A stretch of DNA of 64,000 nucleotides from Candidatus Cloacimonadota bacterium (lineage in GTDB: Bacteria > Cloacimonadota > Cloacimonadia > JGIOTU-2): NCBI GenBank assembly GCA_049903315.1, contig JBNGBT010000003.1, positions 192,001 to 256,000 on the forward strand, given 5' to 3'. The stretch's first letter is position 1. Every line of letters begins with the position of its first letter. Below are positions 38,849 through 47,819 of the stretch, one piece after another. The translations under genes and the position numbers were made by a program. Under the pieces are notes generated by a model that was not told where the DNA came from, did not search any database, and saw nothing but the letters and a program-made list of their open reading frames with translations.

Positions 38849-38950
38849 GCAGAAGAATATCATTTCTCAAATTTTTCTGTCAAAATATCGTTCATTTATA
38901 CCTGGATCGGATAGGTTATAAAAAAGGTTCGGTAAAAATTCATTCATACT

Positions 38951-38991
38951 AAAAATAAAAGAATTGCTGCTCTCGGGCACACAATTCTTTT
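38951..38991 (-). terminator. Intrinsic terminator after the pilin-like gene
   Basis: Minus strand AAAAGAATTG-tgtgcccgagagcag-CAATTCTTTT followed by ATTTTT. Confidence 0.65.
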
Positions 38992-39014
38992 GTCGAAATA
39001 AATATTCAAAAAGT

Positions 39015-39419
39015 TTAGGGCAACCAACTCTTATCGATCACATCTTCGGCGTTTTCAACTGACCAATAGTCTTTTTCAAAATTATAAATGATCTTTGCGC
39101 CGGCTTTTCCGAATTTGGGCGTTGTGACTGCTATGACGGTTGTGTCTGTAAGTTCAAAATCGAAATAAAATTTGTTTTCGAGCTCGTTGGTGAGATTGAG
39201 CATGGTTATGTCAAATGCATTATAGCCTTGTTCTGCATTGAACGCTTCGTTCGCTTGCAAAATGATTTCAAAAGTTGGGAAAACCTCGAGGTTCATTCGA
39301 TCTTTATTTCGTTTTTCTCCAATTGCAGGGAAAACGAGGATCACGATTATACCCACGATCAGTATAACCATCAAAACTTCTATCAATGTCGCCTTTTTTG
39401 CAGGATCTTGCTGTGCCAT
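39015..39419 (-). CDS. Type IV pilin/pseudopilin-like protein
   Basis: TLIEVLMVILIVGIIVILVFP N-terminal helix with Glu+5; GGAGG RBS; own promoter box and terminator. Confidence 0.8.
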   Translation of the reverse strand: MAQQDPAKKATLIEVLMVILIVGIIVILVFPAIGEKRNKDRMNLEVFPTFEIILQANEAFNAEQGYNAFDITMLNLTNELENKFYFDFELTDTTVIAVTTPKFGKAGAKIIYNFEKDYWSVENAEDVIDKSWLP

Positions 39420-39619
39420 CGCACCTCCAATTTGGTTATAAAATTTGGAAATACGCTTTGGGTTGTCAAAATATTTGTAAATGAAAGAGATTATTGTTCA
39501 AATTCTTGAATTTAACAAATCACAGAATTGCTATAAGAAATCATGTGGTTCGTCCCCTATATTATAAAGAAATATTGACTCACCATTCTAGTCTGTCTTG
39601 GTGTAATGATATGAAAGCG

Positions 39620-39656
39620 GATGTTGAGTACGCAAGAATGGAATCTAACGTTACTA
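39620..39656. repeat. REP-doublet-like palindrome, decayed copy 2
   Basis: Reverse complement TAGTAACGTTAGATTCCATTCTTGCGTACTCAACATC matches 12281-12317 at 32/37 nt (hand alignment). Confidence 0.7.
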
Positions 39657-39885
39657 AATACTATATTCTCATTTTCTCTATGATCTATGTGGTTTCAATC
39701 AGTATAACTAATACACTTTCGCACCGAAATCCCAACCCGAACTTCAAGCTGGCGGATGTAGACCAGGTCGATTTAGAGGTGCTTTTCCTGGTTAAAATAT
39801 TTACTTTGGCAGACTTCCAAAAACACAAATTAATTGACACAAAATTCCAATGGCCGCATTCGTATTTCATCTTAATCAATAAAAT

Positions 39886-40644
39886 ATGAATCAAAAGATG
39901 AAAAAAGCATTAATCATAATCCCGACGTATAATGAATCTGAGAATATTCAAAAGCTCATTCCAAAAGTGCTTTCTGAAGACAAGCGGGTAGAAATACTGA
40001 TCGTAGATGATAACTCGCCGGACGGCACTGCCGGACTCGTGAAAGATATCATGAAAACCAATCCGAAAGTGCATATCCTTGAGCGTGAAGGCAAAATGGG
40101 ACTTGGAAGTGCGTACATTGCAGGATTCAAATATGCTCTAAAACATAACTATGATTATGTATTCGAGATGGATGCTGATTTTTCTCACAATCCCGATGAT
40201 ATTCCGGACTTTTTGGAAGCTATCAAAGCAAATGATCTGGTAATCGGATCGCGATATATTACAGGAGTGAATGTCATAAATTGGCCCTTCCGACGTTTGC
40301 TGCTCAGCATTGGTGCATCGAAATATGTACGTTTAATTACATCACTTCCTATCAAAGACCCTACTGGCGGATTTAAATGCTTCAGGAAGGAAGTTCTCGA
40401 AGCGCTCGATCTCGATAATGTGATGTCCGACGGTTACTCGTTTCAAATCGAAGTGAATTACAAAGTGTGGAAAAAGGGGCTTCGTATAAAAGAGATTCCC
40501 ATCGTTTTTTACGAACGTATTAACGGGAAATCAAAAATGTCTAAAAAGATTGTACGAGAGGCGATTATAAGGGTGTGGCAGTTGCGCTTCTTCCCTGAAT
40601 ACTGGGAGCGTCGTCGAAGAAAAAAGCAGTTAAGAAAATCATAG
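39886..40644 (+). CDS. Polyprenol monophosphomannose synthase (DPM1/Ppm1-like GT2)
   Basis: IIPTYNE, VDDNSPDGT, GLGSAY, MDADFSH, DPTGGFKC and GYSFQIE. Confidence 0.92.
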   Translation: MNQKMKKALIIIPTYNESENIQKLIPKVLSEDKRVEILIVDDNSPDGTAGLVKDIMKTNPKVHILEREGKMGLGSAYIAGFKYALKHNYDYVFEMDADFSHNPDDIPDFLEAIKANDLVIGSRYITGVNVINWPFRRLLLSIGASKYVRLITSLPIKDPTGGFKCFRKEVLEALDLDNVMSDGYSFQIEVNYKVWKKGLRIKEIPIVFYERINGKSKMSKKIVREAIIRVWQLRFFPEYWERRRRKKQLRKS

Positions 40645-40672
40645 TTCATCGTTTTCGCAACAAGTTGTTTTT

Positions 40673-41536
40673 ATGAAATCCAAATTAAAGATCGTATTAG
40701 AATATCTTCTCATTCTCATCGGAGCAGCTCTGATGGGTTTGTCCATTGTGCTGTTTCTATCCCCGAATAAGATCGCAGCGGGTGGCGTAAGCGGTCTTTC
40801 CGTTGTTATCAACCATCTCTTTAATTTTCCCATCGGAATTGTTATGCTGGTATTCAATATTCCCCTTTTTCTCATCGGATTAAAAGTACTTGGCAAACGA
40901 TTCGGCATCCGCACGCTCTTTGGTATGATCGCGTTCTCATTATTTACAGATTTTTTTAATAATGTGCTCCATCTGCCGGCCGTGACAGAAAATCCTCTCC
41001 TTGCCAGTCTTTATGGCGGACTCCTTCTTGGTATCGGGCTGGGTATTGTATTCAAGGCAAATGGTTCGACAGGGGGTTCGGATATCGTAGCCCAGATATT
41101 CAGCCAGAAGAGGATCATGACCGCAGGAAATACGTTCATTTTGATAGATTTTATTGTGATCAGTCTTGCAGGCTTGTGCTTCAAGGGAGTCGAGTATGCA
41201 CTCTGGGGTTTTATCGCATTATATGTTTCAAGCAAAATCGTTGATGTCATTATTGCCGGACTCGGCTATGCAAAAGCGTCGCTCATCATATCCGATAAAT
41301 CTGAAGAAATAAAAGAAATAATATTTGAGAAAATGAACAGGGGCATCACCTTCCTGAAAAGTGAAGGAGCTTATTCCCACAAAAATCGAGACGTGATCCT
41401 GTGCATTGTATCCAGGAGAGAAGTGGCAAAACTCAGTGAAATTGTAAAAGCAACAGATCCCGATGCGTTTGTGATCATCCAGGAAGTTCATCAAGTTCTG
41501 GGCAAGGGCTTCAAACCAAGAGAAAATATTGTATAA
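40673..41536 (+). CDS. YitT family membrane protein
   Basis: IAAGGVSG, NIPLF, GSTGGSDI, RGITFL...GAY and DPDAF...GKGF. Confidence 0.92.
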   Translation: MKSKLKIVLEYLLILIGAALMGLSIVLFLSPNKIAAGGVSGLSVVINHLFNFPIGIVMLVFNIPLFLIGLKVLGKRFGIRTLFGMIAFSLFTDFFNNVLHLPAVTENPLLASLYGGLLLGIGLGIVFKANGSTGGSDIVAQIFSQKRIMTAGNTFILIDFIVISLAGLCFKGVEYALWGFIALYVSSKIVDVIIAGLGYAKASLIISDKSEEIKEIIFEKMNRGITFLKSEGAYSHKNRDVILCIVSRREVAKLSEIVKATDPDAFVIIQEVHQVLGKGFKPRENIV

Positions 41537-41543
41537 TAAAATG

Positions 41544-41620
41544 AACCACGAAATACACGAAAATAAAATCAATTGGATTTCTATTCTTTCTTATTCTCCT
41601 TTTCGTATTTTTTCGTGGTT
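41544..41620. repeat. Long imperfect inverted repeat between yitT and pdxJ
   Basis: AACCACGAAATACACGAAAA ... TTTTCGTATTTTTTCGTGGTT around a ~36-nt spacer. Confidence 0.7.
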
Positions 41621-41639
41621 AAAATAAAAAGGAGTTTTT

Positions 41640-42347
41640 ATGGCAAAATTAGGTGTGAACATAGATCACATAGCAACAATACGGCAGGCGCGAAAAACCT
41701 TCGAGCCGGATCCTGTCGAAGCAGCATTCATTGCAGAAAAACACGGCGCTGATCAGATAACCATTCATCTACGTGAAGACCGAAGACACATGCAGGACAG
41801 AGATTTGCGGATCCTTAGGGAAACTGTGCAGACCAAATTGAACCTTGAAATGGCACCGACCGAAGAAATGGTCGCTATTGCAAAAGCTGTACGCCCGGAC
41901 ACAGTTACGCTTGTACCCGAAAAACGTGAAGAAGTAACCACCGAAGGCGGTTTGAATCTTGAATTGAAAGGGCTCGAAGAAAAAATTCAGGAACTCAAAA
42001 AAGCCGAGATCTTAGTGAGTGTCTTTATCGATCCTGATAACGAAGTGGTCAAGATGGCACACAAACTTGGCGCGGATGCAGTTGAGCTTCATACAGGTTA
42101 TTTTGCCAATGCCAAAACCGAGGAAGATATCGAAAAAGAAGTAGAGCGCATCAAAGAAGCAGCTCATGTAGGTAAAAAACAGGGGCTGTATATTGCTGCC
42201 GGGCATGGAATTACATATTTTAATGCCCATTATCTTGCTGATATTAAGGATATTGAAGAATATAACATCGGGCACTCGATCATTTCCCGGGCAGTTTTTG
42301 TGGGGCTGGGACGAGCAGTTCAAGAGATGAAAACTCTCATTTCCTGA
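41640..42347 (+). CDS. pdxJ: Pyridoxine 5'-phosphate synthase
   Basis: LGVNIDHIATIRQAR, HLREDRRH, TTEGGL, ELHTG, AGHG and NIGHSI. Confidence 0.97.
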   Translation: MAKLGVNIDHIATIRQARKTFEPDPVEAAFIAEKHGADQITIHLREDRRHMQDRDLRILRETVQTKLNLEMAPTEEMVAIAKAVRPDTVTLVPEKREEVTTEGGLNLELKGLEEKIQELKKAEILVSVFIDPDNEVVKMAHKLGADAVELHTGYFANAKTEEDIEKEVERIKEAAHVGKKQGLYIAAGHGITYFNAHYLADIKDIEEYNIGHSIISRAVFVGLGRAVQEMKTLIS

Positions 42348-42352
42348 ATGAT

Positions 42353-43591
42353 ATGCATGCCTACCTTGCGTTAACCTCTTTTCTCTCCTTTTTGCTCATT
42401 CCGTTTTTTCTGGTTAAATTATTAAGAAATCCAATTGAATGGAAGCAGCGATTAGGATTCATCACCATTCCTCAAAACAATAAAAAAACAATCTGGTTCC
42501 ACGCTGCTTCAGTAGGGGAAATCAACGCTCTCGCACTTCTGGTTGAAAAATTCATAGAAGTGTATGGGGAGCATTATTATGTTGTGATTTCCACTATGAC
42601 TATAACAGGACATGAAAGAACAAAAAAGCTCACCGTGGAGCACCCGGAAAATATGTTCACGATCCTGCTTCCTATAGATGTACCCTTTGCAATAAAGAAG
42701 GCAATCAGAAAAATATCGCCCGATATTCTTGTCATAGCTGAGACAGAGATCTGGCCTGTCCTCATCCATTATGCTCACAAATATGCAACGAAAATACTCA
42801 TAGCCAATGGAAGAATTTCTCCTAAAACAGTAAAGAGTTACAAAAGATTTGGATGTATTTTTAAAAATACCTTGAAACACATCAATGAAATCGGCGCACA
42901 AACCGAAGATGATAAGCATAGATTTACTGAACTTACTGAAAATCCTGTCCAAGTAACCGGTAATTTAAAATATGCACTTCGTCTTCCAGAACATGACATT
43001 GACGCGATTAAAAGGGATTGGCATCTTACTTCGCAGTTCATAATCACTTTTGGCAGCTCGCGACCGGGAGAAGAACTTCTTGTGGCAGAGTTGTATCATT
43101 CTTTAGAAGAGAAAAATATTGATTTCCAGATCATTCTTGCACCCAGGCACCTGCAGCGGCTTGATGAAATTCAAAAGATATTCACAGAAAATAATGTTGA
43201 TTTTCAAAAGCTATCTGCCATCGCATCGGCAACTCGCCTTATTCTTATCGATACAATGGGAGAACTCACAAAAGCCTATGCAGTTTCTGATATCGCTATT
43301 GTCGGAGGAAGTTTTTATGATTTTACAGGTCACAATCCTCTCGAACCTGCGTATTTCTCCAAGCCAATCATCATGGGGCAGTATTATTCGAGCTGTAAGG
43401 AATCTGTTTTAATACTTCGTGATGCAGATGCTATTATAATTGCAGATAAAGAGGAATTGCCAAATAGGATTATGGAATTATATAAAAATCCTCAGATGCG
43501 GATTGACATGGGGCAGCACGCAAAAGAAGTAATGGAAAAGAACAAGAGCGCTCTTGATAAAACCTTGCACATGATCGAACGGTTTCTTTAA
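42353..43591 (+). CDS. waaA: 3-deoxy-D-manno-octulosonic acid transferase
   Basis: WFHAASVGE, ETEIWP, NGRIS, TGNLK, APRH, DTMGEL, VGGS and GHNPLEPA. Confidence 0.95.
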   Translation: MHAYLALTSFLSFLLIPFFLVKLLRNPIEWKQRLGFITIPQNNKKTIWFHAASVGEINALALLVEKFIEVYGEHYYVVISTMTITGHERTKKLTVEHPENMFTILLPIDVPFAIKKAIRKISPDILVIAETEIWPVLIHYAHKYATKILIANGRISPKTVKSYKRFGCIFKNTLKHINEIGAQTEDDKHRFTELTENPVQVTGNLKYALRLPEHDIDAIKRDWHLTSQFIITFGSSRPGEELLVAELYHSLEEKNIDFQIILAPRHLQRLDEIQKIFTENNVDFQKLSAIASATRLILIDTMGELTKAYAVSDIAIVGGSFYDFTGHNPLEPAYFSKPIIMGQYYSSCKESVLILRDADAIIIADKEELPNRIMELYKNPQMRIDMGQHAKEVMEKNKSALDKTLHMIERFL

Positions 43592-43609
43592 AGTGCAAAT
43601 GAGGTGAAC

Positions 43610-44605
43610 ATGAAAGAAGCACAGTTTTATAAAAAGTTAGAGAATAATGTAGTGCAATGCCAACTCTGTCCCCAGATGTGTGAGATAGACGAGGAGAAAC
43701 GGGGCATGTGTCTTGGTAGGAAGAATGAAAAGGGTAATCTCTATGCAGAAAATTATGGAGAAACCATCTCGATCTCGATGGATCCTATAGAAAAAAAACC
43801 ACTATATCATTTCTATCCGGGGAAAGAAATTCTTTCGATCGGTCCGAACGGCTGTAATCTCACCTGTGATTTTTGCCAGAATTATACAATTTCACAGCAG
43901 AAAGCACCGACAAGTTCCCTGAAAGCAGAAGATCTTATTGCGTTGTGCAAAAAATATAATTCCATCGGCGTTGCTTTTACGTATACAGAACCGCTCATCT
44001 GGTATGAATATATCCTCGACACCGCAAAAGTCCTGCGAGCTCATGACTTGAAAGTTGTTCTTATCACAAACGGTTTTATCAATCCTGAACCGCTTAAAAA
44101 GTTACTTCCTTACATCGATGCAATGAATATCGATTTGAAAGCATTCAAAAATGAGTTCTATAAAACCTATTGTTCCGGACGACTTGAACCAGTAAAAAAC
44201 ACGATCAAGATTGCTGCACAGCACACACACGTTGAGATCACGAATCTTATCATTACAGATTTGAATGATTCACGAGGTGAGATAGAGGAACTAGTTTCAT
44301 TTGTGGCAGGAATAAATAGAGATATCCCCCTCCATTTCTCGCGATATTTTCCGGTTTATAAAATGAAGAAATTTCCTACAAATCCATCCACTCTGGAAAT
44401 GGCGTATGAGATCGGGAAAAAGAAGCTTTCCTATGTGTATGTTGGAAATATTAATCTGCAGAATACGCATGACACACACTGCCCGAATTGCAATGAATTA
44501 CTGATAAAGCGCTCAGGTTATTATACTTCTGTTACGCATATTAAAAAAGATAATTGCTGCGAAATCTGCGGGCAGAAAATTTACGGAGTTCATCTTTTTG
44601 AATAG
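43610..44605 (+). CDS. amrS: AmmeMemoRadiSam system radical SAM enzyme
   Basis: CQLCP, DPIEKKPLYHF, GCNLTCDFCQN, TYTEP, NIDLK, PLHFSRYFP and YVYVGN. Confidence 0.92.
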   Translation: MKEAQFYKKLENNVVQCQLCPQMCEIDEEKRGMCLGRKNEKGNLYAENYGETISISMDPIEKKPLYHFYPGKEILSIGPNGCNLTCDFCQNYTISQQKAPTSSLKAEDLIALCKKYNSIGVAFTYTEPLIWYEYILDTAKVLRAHDLKVVLITNGFINPEPLKKLLPYIDAMNIDLKAFKNEFYKTYCSGRLEPVKNTIKIAAQHTHVEITNLIITDLNDSRGEIEELVSFVAGINRDIPLHFSRYFPVYKMKKFPTNPSTLEMAYEIGKKKLSYVYVGNINLQNTHDTHCPNCNELLIKRSGYYTSVTHIKKDNCCEICGQKIYGVHLFE

Positions 44606-44969
44606 GCGCGAACTGCTCTCACATTTCACACTTGCCGACGGAATTCTTATCATGTTTGTGGTTTTGGCAATAATCTTTTCGTCCTTATTTGTATATAATA
44701 AGGGAGTGAAAAGTGACTATGCTGCGATTGATTATGATGGACACACTGAGAATGTTTCCTTGAGTAAAGACCGGATTTTAACTTTAGAAAACGGGATGGT
44801 GATTGAAGTACAAGATGGCAAGATTCGGGTGAAAGAATCCGATTGTCCCCGGAAAATCTGCGTGAAACATGGATGGTTGAATTATGCAAATGATGTGATC
44901 GTGTGCCTTCCCAATAAGACGATAATCTATCTCATGAAAAAATCCGACCTCGATTATATTACTCAGTAG
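44598..44969 (+). CDS. NusG domain II-containing (DUF1312-like) membrane-anchored protein
   Basis: N-terminal TM; ESDCPRKICVKHGW...IVCLPNK. Confidence 0.85.
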   Translation: MNRRELLSHFTLADGILIMFVVLAIIFSSLFVYNKGVKSDYAAIDYDGHTENVSLSKDRILTLENGMVIEVQDGKIRVKESDCPRKICVKHGWLNYANDVIVCLPNKTIIYLMKKSDLDYITQ

Positions 44970-44971
44970 TT

Positions 44972-45478
44972 ATGAAGACCTCGAGTGAAAAGATCCTTAT
45001 CCTCTCTGCATACTCGATTATGGCGGTGCTGCTCTTTCTTGTAGAAAACATAATCCCTAAACCGCTGCCCTTTATGAGGATTGGTCTGGCGAATGTATTC
45101 ATTTTGCTCATTCTCGTGCAGATTGATTTCCTTTCCGCTCTGGTTGTTACGCTGACAAAAGTTATCATAGGAAATCTATTTTCCGGACTACTATTTACCC
45201 CGCTTATACTTTTTTCTTTGGTAAGCAGTGTGGTGTCTCTGCTGGTGATGTATGCTGTATATAAAAGCAAGATTTCATTAAGCTTGATTGGCGTGAGTAT
45301 TACGGGAGCACTCACACATCTGATCACACAGCTTGTGCTTGGATATTTTCTTTTTATTCATACTTCAAGAATATTTGCCCTTATTCCGATAATCCTGCTT
45401 ATCGGATTGATAAGCGGCTTGATCACAGGCATCCTGGTGATAATTCTCTACAAAAACATACGGCTTCAATTAGTTTGA
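44972..45478 (+). CDS. Gx transporter / heptaprenyl diphosphate synthase component I-like membrane protein
   Basis: ENIIPKPLP...RIGLAN and IGVSITGALTHLITQL; ~6 TM. Confidence 0.85.
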   Translation: MKTSSEKILILSAYSIMAVLLFLVENIIPKPLPFMRIGLANVFILLILVQIDFLSALVVTLTKVIIGNLFSGLLFTPLILFSLVSSVVSLLVMYAVYKSKISLSLIGVSITGALTHLITQLVLGYFLFIHTSRIFALIPIILLIGLISGLITGILVIILYKNIRLQLV

Positions 45479-45719
45479 ATTTTGTATGTATCATAAATAA
45501 AAACCTATCAAACTGGGAAATTTATAAAAATTGACAAAGAATGCAAGATCATAAATTTGCAACTTATATCTTATCTAATAAGATTTCTCAAAAGCGGTAC
45601 TGTTCATAATAAATTTGATGTTCTTGTAATCAATTTGTTAAGATAGTTGCATACCTTACTGCATTTGTTGACATTACCGAAATACAGTATGAACAGGAAT
45701 AACACATGGTGTGCGTACT

Positions 45720-47819
45720 ATGAAAAATTGGGCTCTAATATTACTTCTTCTCATGATATATTGTTGTATTTCTTTAACCCTCACCCTCAGCGCACAAGAA
45801 TTAACACCATCACAAAGAGTGGAAAATTTACTCGAACAAGCTCGTATAATTAAGGATGATGATTATAACAGGGCATTAGAATATTGCAATCAGGCACTCG
45901 ATATACTGAATGATCATCCTGACCAAATCCTTCTGAGAAAAACTCACTTACTCCTTGCCGATATAAAAAGAATGATGGGATTATACGAAGAATCTCTTCA
46001 GGACCTGGAACAGCTTTTATATGGTGATCTGGAATTTGAAGATAGGGAGAGCAATGCACATGCCTACTTAACTGCCGCATCAAATCTTGAACGTTTAGGG
46101 GAATACGTTCAAGCATATGAATTTTCACTCAAAGCTCTTGAAAATTTCGAAGAACTGAATAATGATGAACATATAGTTGAAACAAAAATTTTCATCGGAA
46201 ATCTGTTTAATGTACTGAAGAATTACAATAATGCAACAAAGTATCTTGAAGAAGCCAGTTCACTTGCCCAGAAAATCGGATCAATGGATGGATTTTATAA
46301 GGCAGAGCTTCATCTGGGGCGTTCATACCAAAAAGCAGGATATTGGGAAAAATCGCGTGAATGCATGCGTATACTGATTAAAAACGATGATACTTCCAAG
46401 TATCAAAAGGCCTATGCGTATTATATAATAGGACAAACATATCTGGATCAAAAAAACTGGGAACAAGCGCTCGAGAGTGAACTCAAATCGCTGGAATATG
46501 CTTACCAGGCACACAATCTGTTTGTCCAATCAGTGGTTTATACAGATCTTGCATATATAGAAATGAATCTTGGTCATTATGAAAATTCTCTTGCATACAA
46601 TAAAAAAGCTCTTGCCTTAAGAATTGAACGAGGCAACCAAGCGCTCGTTGCAAGTTCTTTGAGAAATATTGGCACACTGAATCAAAAATTTGGCAGATAT
46701 GATAAGGCAATAGATTATCTGATGCAGGCACTCGAAATCTCAGAAAGGATTAATGATCCGTATCTAAAAAGTGATATTTTTCATAATCTCTCAAAAGTCT
46801 ATTTTGAACAAGGGATGTCCGGAAAATCTTATGAATTTCTTCTTGAATATACAATACTGAAAGATAAGATGTATAATGAAACCGTAATGAATAATATTCA
46901 GGAAGCTCAAATCGAATATCTGATCAATAAAAAAGAGATTGAATTAGAAATTCTTCGAAAAGACAGTGAAATAAAAGAGTTAACAATTATGAGACAGGGG
47001 GATTTGCGAAATTCAATAATCGCCATTCTTATCTTTATGTTCATCATTCTTCTTCTTTTATATAATAGATATAAAATGAGTAAAAAGATGTCAGTACAAC
47101 TCGAAATTATGGTCGATGAAAGAACAGAAGAGCTAAAAAAGGAAATCAAAACCCGGAAAAGTGCGGAAGTAGAATTAAAAAGCTCACTAAAAGATAAAGA
47201 AGTCCTCCTTAAAGAGATACATCATAGAGTTCATAATAATTTACAGGTCATTTCAGGTCTCCTGCAGTTTCAGCGAGATGAGATAGAGACAAAAGAGGAT
47301 GCTATCAAAGGTTTTACTGCGAGTCAGGATAGAATACTGGCAATGGCAAAAGCATATGATTTGATCCTCGTATCCAAAAGTATGTCAGAATTGAGTTTGG
47401 GTAATTATATTAAATTACTTACAGAGCAACTAAAACAGAATTATGATATTTATGATAAAATCAAAATTAAATATACTCTTGATGAACTCACCACAGGTAT
47501 TGAGATATTGGATAGATTGGGGTTGATATTGAACGAGCTTATAATCAATTCAATCAATCACGCTTTTGAAGGAAGATCATCAGGTGAGATTCATATAAAA
47601 TTAGAAAATAAGAAAGATAGTATAATTATTACAATCTCGGATAATGGTATCGGGATTCCGGAAGATATTGATATTATACACCCGCAAACACTTGGCTTAT
47701 CACTTGTCCAAATGCTGGTCGAACAGTTAGGCGGAACACTGTCTGTAAGTAGAGAAAGCGGTACGAGCTTTACGCTTGTTTTATATGTAAAACCAACCGG
47801 GTATATAAAGGATGAATAA
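45720..47819 (+). CDS. Membrane sensor histidine kinase with periplasmic TPR array and HisKA_2 core
   Basis: Signal peptide, TPR helices and one TM; LLKEIHHRVHNNLQ, LNELIINSINHAF, ISDNGIG and TLGLSLV. Confidence 0.92.
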   Translation: MKNWALILLLLMIYCCISLTLTLSAQELTPSQRVENLLEQARIIKDDDYNRALEYCNQALDILNDHPDQILLRKTHLLLADIKRMMGLYEESLQDLEQLLYGDLEFEDRESNAHAYLTAASNLERLGEYVQAYEFSLKALENFEELNNDEHIVETKIFIGNLFNVLKNYNNATKYLEEASSLAQKIGSMDGFYKAELHLGRSYQKAGYWEKSRECMRILIKNDDTSKYQKAYAYYIIGQTYLDQKNWEQALESELKSLEYAYQAHNLFVQSVVYTDLAYIEMNLGHYENSLAYNKKALALRIERGNQALVASSLRNIGTLNQKFGRYDKAIDYLMQALEISERINDPYLKSDIFHNLSKVYFEQGMSGKSYEFLLEYTILKDKMYNETVMNNIQEAQIEYLINKKEIELEILRKDSEIKELTIMRQGDLRNSIIAILIFMFIILLLLYNRYKMSKKMSVQLEIMVDERTEELKKEIKTRKSAEVELKSSLKDKEVLLKEIHHRVHNNLQVISGLLQFQRDEIETKEDAIKGFTASQDRILAMAKAYDLILVSKSMSELSLGNYIKLLTEQLKQNYDIYDKIKIKYTLDELTTGIEILDRLGLILNELIINSINHAFEGRSSGEIHIKLENKKDSIIITISDNGIGIPEDIDIIHPQTLGLSLVQMLVEQLGGTLSVSRESGTSFTLVLYVKPTGYIKDE

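Noticed and set aside
39700..39800. CCAGG...CCTGG hairpin as possible SRP, 6S or riboswitch RNA
   Set aside because: No SRP loop or riboswitch consensus recognisable; an Rfam scan would be needed.
39494..39889. 131-aa plus-strand ORF and 69-aa minus-strand ORF in the pilin-ppm1 gap
   Set aside because: No RBS or recognisable motifs; the longer ORF runs through a decayed palindromic repeat and a promoter box, so the region is probably non-coding.
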